A stretch of DNA of 61,210 nt, filler included, from Platydemus manokwari (taxonomy: Eukaryota): assembly GCA_037951405.1 (NCBI GenBank). It is 4 parts of 4 records of this genome, joined end to end, with 100 filler letters (N's around TTAATTAATTAA, not from the genome) between each part and the next. Parts side by side here need not be neighbours in the genome. Positions count along the whole stretch, not along the records: positions 41,429 to 61,210 come from JBBMOY011755840.1; 3 more parts are not named here. One strand, 5' to 3'. This document shows, one piece after another, positions 52,600 to 61,210 of the stretch (its first letter is position 1; each line of letters begins with the position of its first letter). A program made the translations under genes and the position numbers. Under the pieces are notes generated by a model. It had not been told where the DNA came from, made no database searches, and saw only the letters and a program-made list of their open reading frames with translations.

Positions 52600-54050
52600 T
52601 TCGATAACCTTTATTATTGACTTCACTTCAATGTCCTTCTATTATTCTTTCATGATACTCCGAATAACATCTAGCTTTTTTGATTTTCTGTCAAATATGT
52701 AGTCCTTCGTCTATCTTTCTTGACATCCTCATGTTTTGTTTAGCGTTGACTAAACAATGTTTCACCAATCAATGACATACTACTTGCATTGTATCATCTG
52801 TGGTTCGAAATCGTAATCAAACAAATTAACCATCTATTGCTAAAATGAGCTTCTTAGTTGTATTTAAGAATATCAATGACCTGTGATCAGTTCTGGCAAC
52901 GAACTACTTCACATAAAGTTATACAAGAATTAAATCACATAAGGATCTATTCATTTTTCTTTATTAAGACAATTAATTGGAGATTCTAAGAGCCTTTACA
53001 TGCTCTCATTACAAACTCTTACTTTTATTAAATAATTTGCCATGTATTCAATTTATCTTCCCAAATACATAGGTTGTCTTTTCGGATTCTGACATATTGG
53101 GTTCATGTCATTGAGATATTCTATCCAGATAAAATTTCGAGACCATAAACATATCACCATATTATTTGATTTGTCAACTTTATATACTGTATGTAATTTA
53201 CAATTTGTTGATTAAAACAAGTATTTTATTTGGTCCTCATTTATTTATTTTTACTTTATTTATTTTTATACTATTCACTTCTACCTTTTTAATTTTGAAT
53301 GATTTCATTGCCAAAATTTCACATATATTTGAGGTAGAATACTTTTGAAATCAATTATTTTGATTTTGCTCTCTTATGCTATCATTTCACCAACACCTGA
53401 GTGTAACCCAAATGTCTTTCTTCACTTGTTTTTATAAAATTCGCGTAAAGTGGCAGCACATTATTTCAACTGATAAATACATAAATAACACCAATTTTCT
53501 TAGCCTATTAATGTAATTGAAGTCCCTTAATCATTTACACTAACCGAGCTTCATTCTCTCTCATTGCATCACTTTTATCTGCATCGATATTATTTTTAAT
53601 TCTCATTGATTCAGCATCATTGACATTGACTTTGGTTTTTGAAATCATCCACTTAAAGCATCAAGCGCTTGTCAATTAGATCGAATTAAAGATAATTTTT
53701 CGATCTGATTTCTGATGAAACCCCTTAAATAATCACTTTTGCTAAAACTATAACAATTACCAGATCATAATCTTTCCTTTTCGGTTAATTTAACCAACAT
53801 ATCTGATCATACGGGATTCTGGGAATGTGCTTCATAGAATAAATAGGTTCTTCTTGCTTAATTATTGAACTTCTTCCTTCTACAACTGGTTATGTATTGA
53901 ATTGTCTTGATTTGGTAAATTCCTCAATAAATAATTTCCTACTTCTCTCGATACTGTCCAAAGTTAGAATTTAAAGCTATTGGATAGCTCACTGTTTAGA
54001 CCACGTTAACTTTCCCAATACTTTTGTGATTGTTTGATTTTTGCTTATAT
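52600..54050 (-). mobile_element. Heavily degenerate CR1/L2-like LINE RT remnant
   Basis: Broken motifs in the expected order on the minus strand: ITKVLGKL, GFIRN, KCK, KKDIWV (cf. EKDLGV). Confidence 0.4.
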
Positions 54051-55260
54051 ATCTATGTGTGTATAAATGTAAATATAATGATTAAAACGACAAAGACTGA
54101 AAGTTTGTGATATTCTCAATAATACAATGTTACAATAACTATAATTAAAATAATAAATGTCAAAGAAAACCAAACCTACAAAGAAAGTAAGATAATATCG
54201 TGGATGTTATCACTGTTTATCGAGCAAATCTTGGTCTTGACGATTGGTTTTACTCCTTTGTTGAAGTAAAGGAAATTTTGTCAGACTACCTACAAGTAGG
54301 GTTAAATCTAAGGTTTCTTTTTGATACCTTGTCTGATACTGCTAAACTCGTCTTCACATGAACAATCGAACGAAGCAGGCAAAGAAAAAATAAAATGCAT
54401 TAATTTAACTACTGATTGAAGGTCACTATAACTCCAGAGACTGATATCAACCGAGGACAGTGTCGGTAGAATATATTTAACGAAATAAATTTAACACCAA
54501 CATACCCAAAAAGTTACACTTGGTAGAAAACTTATCAATAAAATATTAACTATGATTTACAAAGTAATTGTTTGCGATATATCTTGAAGAAATGCGGTTG
54601 CATACAACAATGTTGAGATTTCGAACATATTTCTATCTTTTATTGATAATCACTGCTAATACTTTACATATAAGTGTTCCATGACTTGGTATTAATATTT
54701 TTAAGTTGGAGTTATTATTACAAAATTGATAATTATTGCACAAAAGTTTATCATTAATATTATTACATTATTGATAGAAATTATTTATTTTAGTTGTAAA
54801 AATATCCGTGTTGTATAAAAATTGAATTGATTAATTTTATTTTAATGTACATATTAATTGGTTTGTATTTCGATTTCGAAGAAATAATCTTAAATATTGT
54901 TGGGTACAGAAATACCCTGAAATAATATTAAAATAATCACACACATTTTTTTCAATTTTCCAAAAGTTCCAGGCTCTTCCTAAAAAAGTAACCACAAAAT
55001 AGATAAAAATATAATAAACAAATTAAGATAAATTAATAAATAGAATAATAAAATGGGGTTGACAAAAATAACACCAAAAATGTCAAAATAGATAAAAAAA
55101 CTCAATAGGTTAAAAAAGATGAAATCATTAGTATAAAAGAAAATGCATGAATATTGGGTTTTGTGGTCTGTGACAATTTTTGAATTATATGTATTAATGT
55201 ACAATATTGGTTATTACATAAAATTTTAATGTAAAACATTTTTATGATAATTCGGGGAGA

Positions 55261-55959
55261 TGTTGTAACTAACAGGAATATAATATAATATAATATAATA
55301 TAATATAATATAATATAATATAATATAATATAATATATAATTTAAACCCAAATTTATAATCCCCATAATTAATAAGAAACTCGGCATTGATCTAATAAAA
55401 TTACAAACTATTAAAATTACCTTATAATAAATTCACTAATTATAAGGTGAGTTCATCCATAAAATAATCAACAAAAGAAGTTATCGCGCACGGCGAATAA
55501 AATATCCACTTAGAATAAATTAATATCCATGCATTAAATAAAATAAATTACCGTGCATTTAATTGCAGAGAATTTCACTGTGCCACAAAAAATTTTAGCG
55601 CATTAAACATATATGCATTGCATTAAATAAAATTCACAGAGAATATATCTAAATGACTCACCACTTCCTATATTAAAACACAATAGAAGACAGGACGCAA
55701 TAGACGAAATAGTTACACAAGAAGAACCAGGGCGTAGGGTCGAAGATCCTTCATTGCCGGGTTTGGGATTCAAATATGCCGGAAGAATAAACGGTAAGAT
55801 AATGCATTTAAAATCATATATTAATATTTACATCGCATATTCTTCCTATCTATCGAGCCAAGCTCGGAAAACCCTCTTGAAACGCACACTTACTCAAAAG
55901 TTACGAAAGGCCTTATTGGTCCACAATTTGCTTCCCTGAATTGAATATTAAATACAACG
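55261..55959 (+). mobile_element. LTR (probably 3' LTR) with upstream polypurine tract
   Basis: GGGGAGA|TGTTGTA at the left end and TACAACG at the right end (imperfect inverted repeat). Shares motifs with 24226-25031. Confidence 0.55.
55277..55341. repeat. (AATATAAT)n 8-bp tandem repeat
   Basis: About 8 units just inside the LTR start. Confidence 0.9.
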
Positions 55960-57320
55960 TTTATGTGTATATAAGGAGCTTAAAAATTATTATTGTATAA
56001 AAGTATTAAATGCTCTATAAGTGTATAAAAGTATTGAATTTGTTATATTTAATTATGATACATGATGAGGTGTAAAAAATTAGTTTTAATATTCATTAGC
56101 ATTAGATATTTATAGGATTCATAAATCCATTATTAAATAATCATTGTCATCCATTACCTTTTAAAGTTATTCTGGGACATAATTAAATGAATTAAGGCTG
56201 ATATTAAAGTAAATGATATCGATAAGACAATAATAGAGAAAATAATTGAGTTAAAATCAATAAAACGATTTCTACGCCGTTCCACTTACCTTTACGTAAG
56301 TCGAGAACGTTGAGACGAAGCAATATCAAAATACATAGATCATATAACTACCTGAGGGTCAAGACAGATTGATTTAGATCAAAACCAATAATAATCAGCA
56401 AAAGCAAAAAAAGCAGTGACCCCAAAACGTTACATGAATCATAAGAAAGCCCATTATTAGTTGATTCAATAATTTATTGTTGACTAAGAACAACTTTAGT
56501 TGAGTTGAAAAGCAGTACTATTTATAGTTCATTAAATATTGATTTTATTCTACCAGAAACAAAATTGGAAACTCAACACCATATTATACAAGCATATTAC
56601 TAAGAAAACTCACAACAGTTATTGTCTTAACCAGATAGAATTATTGATCGGGAAATTATATGTAAATATAGTCGTCCCACCTGAACAGAAAAATCAAAAC
56701 GACAAACAAGAGAGAGACAAAGTTTTCCGCAGCTCGACTAGGAAGTAAAATCTACTTAATTTTTATCTTAAAATGTATAATGCATTGTACTATCAATATT
56801 ACTTTTAACACCAGCGCCTTGGGCTCCGACCAACTACTATCTAATTAAAAACTGTGGAGATTTCGTATCTCACGGATTGAGCGGTTTGCTAATTGACAAT
56901 CTGACTCCAAGGATTGCGGATGCTAGCACTCGTATTACCCTTATGACAATGCAAAACAACAAATTGAGGCGTAAAATATTTATTGATATATTACAATAAT
57001 ACAAGCTTAATAACGAAACGATTAGATAAGGGTTGCTAGAAGATAAGATTCGGTTCCTATCCCTGAAGAGAATGGGTATTGTCGGTGCCGCCTAATAGCT
57101 CGGACACAGACTCGGACCCGGTTAAAGATTAGAAAGATTGAGCAGTTATATGTGCTGACAAGCCCGTAAAGGAATTGCAGTGATAACTAAAGAGATAAGC
57201 ATGAAATAAAAATGATTACTCATAGTTGCAAGCGTGGTTCAGATTATACAAGTCGTTTAACTGAAGCACCGTAAGGCATTTAAACTGAGACACTGCTCAG
57301 TATTTATACTATTTTTTTTC

Positions 57321-57571
57321 GTGGGGGATTCTATGGGACAAAGCGTAGCTTTGTGTGCATGCTCTTTAAATTTCTTTACAAGTGGTGCTTTGTTGTTTTA
57401 TTTTTATCTAGTGTCTTTATAGACTTACTGATCTTTGTTTAAGAATAAAGAAAATGTGTTTTAATTTTGATTTAAGAATAAAGAAAATGTGTTTCAATCT
57501 TAAGTGATTTTGACTGAAGTGATTTTGTTTAATTGTAATAAATGTCTCAATCTGAAGTACTTCCTCCCACA
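57321..57571 (+). mobile_element. Short 3' LTR (~240 bp) with polypurine tract
   Basis: GTGGGGGATT PPT, then TATGGGA...TCCCACA (mutated TGTGGGA inverted repeat). Internal 24-bp duplication TTTAAGAATAAAGAAAATGTGTTT; AATAAA near the end. Confidence 0.55.
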
Positions 57572-58099
57572 CAAGGACTTAAGAAATTAGACTATGAAAA
57601 ATGATTTTCAACTTTGTTTACAAAATTAAATGTGGTTTAAAAAATTTATATTTATGTAATTTTATTTTTCTAATTACTATATTCTAAATTTTATTTTTCC
57701 AATTACTATATTTATTTATTATAGTACATTATAATACATCATAATGAATATGAATCCCTAACACAATAAATAAATTTTAGTGATCTACTAATTTATCTTT
57801 TAGAGTCAGATTAATAAGTTAACAAGTTTTGTTGTTCTCTCCATCTGGTCCCAACCATTACTTTATAATAATTTTAAATGGGTTAAAGAAAAAATAATAA
57901 ATAAATATAATAATGATTCAGATCATTATAGTAACAAATTAGTGTCTATCATAAAGAGATTCTAATATGTGATATTTGTAAAAGTAGAGATAGAATGTGT
58001 TTATAAAAAAATCACAGAAAAACTTCCATTAACAACAAAAACGAAGATAGTAAATTTTGAAGTTTTTATATATAAATAAAAAGAAACGGTTGACAAAGA

Positions 58100-59870
58100 A
58101 AAAAAATATAAATGAATTATGTATTACATAAAAGAAATTTACAGTTATACTGTATTTAAAACTAAAGGAAATTAAAAGAATTCAGAAATTCAATGAAAAG
58201 CTTTATAATTGTAATTTTATAATTTTGCTAAACTCCAAAGATATGAAAACCAACACAGTTTACATTCAATATTACTCTTGGCGATTCAATGTCGCGATTC
58301 AATCTTATTTTAGAAAAATTTGCAGGAAATTAAAAAATTTCTTTACATAATGAATAGACAATATGACCACGCTAAAGAAAATTGAGAAAAAACGAAAATC
58401 AACTACAAAGAAGCAGAAAACACATTCGAGGGTTAAGCCCCAGTAACTGAAAATGACCATGATGATTAAATAAAATGGAAAGTTATAGCTAATCAAACCA
58501 GTAAATCAATATTTAGAAGACAATAGACACAAAATCTGAAAGAGAAACCTATAAATTGTGTCAGAAGGTTAGGAACCATTCAAAGGGAGTGTCACCACGC
58601 TTCTCCAATCTAAAATGTAAATGTTCATATAAATCCAGGGATCAGAGAGGACATGATCATCGATAAATTTGATTGGAAAGAGTTTACTTATCTGGAAAAA
58701 TCTGGCATTATTAACCTAGAGAAGCTATGGGAGACAGAACAAGTAAAAAGGAAGAAAGAAAATTTACAGAGTGAATCAAAATAGATAGACTAAAATGAAA
58801 ATATATGGTAGCATGCTCAGTAATACTTGGAGGAAGAATTTGAAAAAAGCGGAAAATAAATTCAAAACTCAACCCAGAAATCACCATTCTCGAGGTTACA
58901 AGTTCAGTCGTAAATGCAACGGAAGATCACTCATCAAAAATAATCATGAGCCAATCAACAAAGTGATATATGAATACGCGTGTATTTCAGCCCCTAAGTA
59001 GCGTTGGGGTTTGGGGACACTGAAACTTATTTTTATAGGATTGAATTTATAAAAGTAGTATAAATGTATAAAAGTAAAATAAACTTATTATAAAGCATGA
59101 TGTATTTGCATGGAAGTATTTATTTTAAATTTTTAAATAAAATATTATAAAAATATTTTGTATTATATCTGCAATCATTTATTCATTGAAAAAAGAATTA
59201 ATTGTAATAATTATAATAATTGCATCTACCCATTTTCATGATGAGGTAGATTTCTTATAAATAACATATGAGCTCGATAACAATTAGCAAATATGAATAT
59301 AGCCGATGAAATATTCAAAGTAACCTTAATTGAAAAACATGAAAAATTAATTAATTAATTACTCTGAAAAGGAAATCTCTTGAGAATTGCAGGTTGATAG
59401 AAAATAATAATAATTATTATAATAATCCAAACTCACAAAAATTTCAGATAAAAAATTATCGCCATGCAAATAAATCCCAAAAGAATTCAATATTCCTTGA
59501 AATAATCAATTTCCATTAAATTAATTCAGAAATAATAATCCTAGAAATATAAAATAATTAGCATTTTCCATAGGAAATAATCTGGGAATATTAACTGCTA
59601 TAAATACCCACTAAAAACCCGTTCATTTTGAGGAACCACTAAAACCATAACTATTATCCAAATTTTTGAAGATTAATCAGCAATTCACAGCTTTCAAACT
59701 GTTTGTAATTAAATTTAAATGCCCTGATCTGAAAGAATTGCACAATCCAAGCCACAGTAAAGTAAAATATTTCACCTGTAAAATCATCGTGAATTTATGC
59801 AACAATCTGTTATATTTCCTATTTTATAGAGCGAAGCTTATTCTTAGAACTGTATAAAAAGTATTAATTG
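58100..59870 (+). mobile_element. Degenerate CR1-like LINE fragments (ORF1-like region and ORF2 3' end)
   Basis: RRLGT..VHINP-like ORF1 remnants near 58560-58640. KVKYFTCKIIVNLCNNL near 59760-59810 resembles the R..FFS.RVVN.WN.L end of CR1 ORF2. Confidence 0.4.
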
Positions 59871-61210
59871 TTGTGTAATAGTTGCTTTTATTGTCAATTG
59901 CTTATCGGTGTTAATTGGCGTAATTTTGTTGTAACTGTCGGGTATTAATCAGCAATTAGACCTGAAAATTATATTACCCAAAAGATTACAATCGTGATCA
60001 CAAAAACCACAAATAAATCTCTTTAGAAATCACAATGGTCACCCAAAAGTCATAAACATACTAAAAAGTAATAAAAATGACTGATTACTGAAAATCATCC
60101 AAAGATAAGATTAATATGCAAGTTACCGACCAAAATAACTGGCAGTTACTCAGAGAATTCAACCTCTTTTATAGACTTATCGGGTATGTCTGCTTGATAT
60201 CACGAATCTTCTTTTTCCATTTGCTAAATTTGTTCGTAGATCGGTTTGCTTGAAATTTTCCTCATATCTCTTATGCTATTGGCAGTTATTTGAATCTTCT
60301 GAGATTTGTAGGTATGTGTTTGTCCATCCTTAGGTTCTCAATATGGATTAATATTAGAACGAATCTGATTGGCTGACGGTACATATGCATATCAGATCTG
60401 TGTGTGTATCAACCCTTTTTAGGGTTATTTTCTGGATTTCTGTAACCCTTTTACTCAACATAACAATAAAACTTACTTAAAACAAACATAGTTTTGATAT
60501 CCAGCCATTGTAGGCTTAAGGTTCATAATCCAATTAAAATAATCAACATTGGTTTATCATTTCATTATCTTTTTATTAGTGTGCTTTTGTTAAAATTACT
60601 ATTAAAGCTCAAGTAATAATTGATACACTAGTACGCTATAACCCCTGACTTCATAGAAAGGAATGCATGACGAGGTGAAGAAAAATTACATTAATTTAAG
60701 GTTCAATACATATCAGGAGTTATCATAGCTCAAGAGACTGATAAGACTAATCTTTTTTGTACAATAATTAAGATTAATTCGAATAAGAATCAAATCGATT
60801 GTATCCCAAATGTATACAAATATTTTTAAATTAACAACCAATGATAAATAAACATATATATAAGATTTTAGCTTTTTTATTATTTTAAAATAACAATTAA
60901 TACTTCAAATTAATTTTAATAAATATAAATATTAAAAATTATTAATTATTTTATTAATTGAAATAATATTAATTAATTAATTTCACCCATGCGGTTTTAA
61001 TCATAACGTGTACAAAATTGAACGGAAAATAAGAAATAAATAAAAATTCTTAACTTAAATTAGTTCCTTACAATTGTAAATAACTTATCTAATATATTAA
61101 TTTCAAAGTAAACCTTAAGACCTAAATAATTTTTATTTATCAACACTAATTTTTATAAATTATATATCAAATTGTAGGCAATTGAATACGGATCTTTATG
61201 GTTGTATAGT

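Noticed and set aside
57060-57250. Resemblance to SSU rRNA (cggacac..agattga, aaaggaattg) or a hammerhead core (ctgaaga)
   Set aside because: Matches are short and out of order; no stem II/GAAA arrangement.

Overview
AT-rich animal genomic scaffold. Short ~42-60 nt GT-AG introns, (AAT)n tracts and an intronless divergent GPCR suggest a flatworm/planarian-like genome; this is inference only. Four contigs are joined by 100-nt N/TTAATTAATTAA gap spacers. Contig 1 (1-20701) holds a 5'-truncated minus-strand Dscam-family gene that I reconstructed as 26 phase-consistent exons (~1869 aa: Ig3-Ig9, 4 FN3, Ig, 2 FN3, TM, cytoplasmic tail with PYATY and C-terminal FVVV), followed by the start of an unidentified Ser-rich gene. 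Contig 2 holds an AMMECR1-family gene with an apparent 1-nt frameshift in exon 1, a poorly resolved multi-exon gene and LTR remnants. Contig 3 holds a single-exon rhodopsin-class GPCR among LINE debris. Contig 4 holds decayed Ty3/Gypsy elements, rpl27 followed only ~140 nt downstream by an intronless PH-SH2 adaptor gene (operon-like spacing), several LTRs and CR1-like LINE fragments. I found no unambiguous novel system. The best leads are the rpl27/PH-SH2 pair, non-canonical routes to Dscam isoform diversity, and the AMMECR1 frame break.
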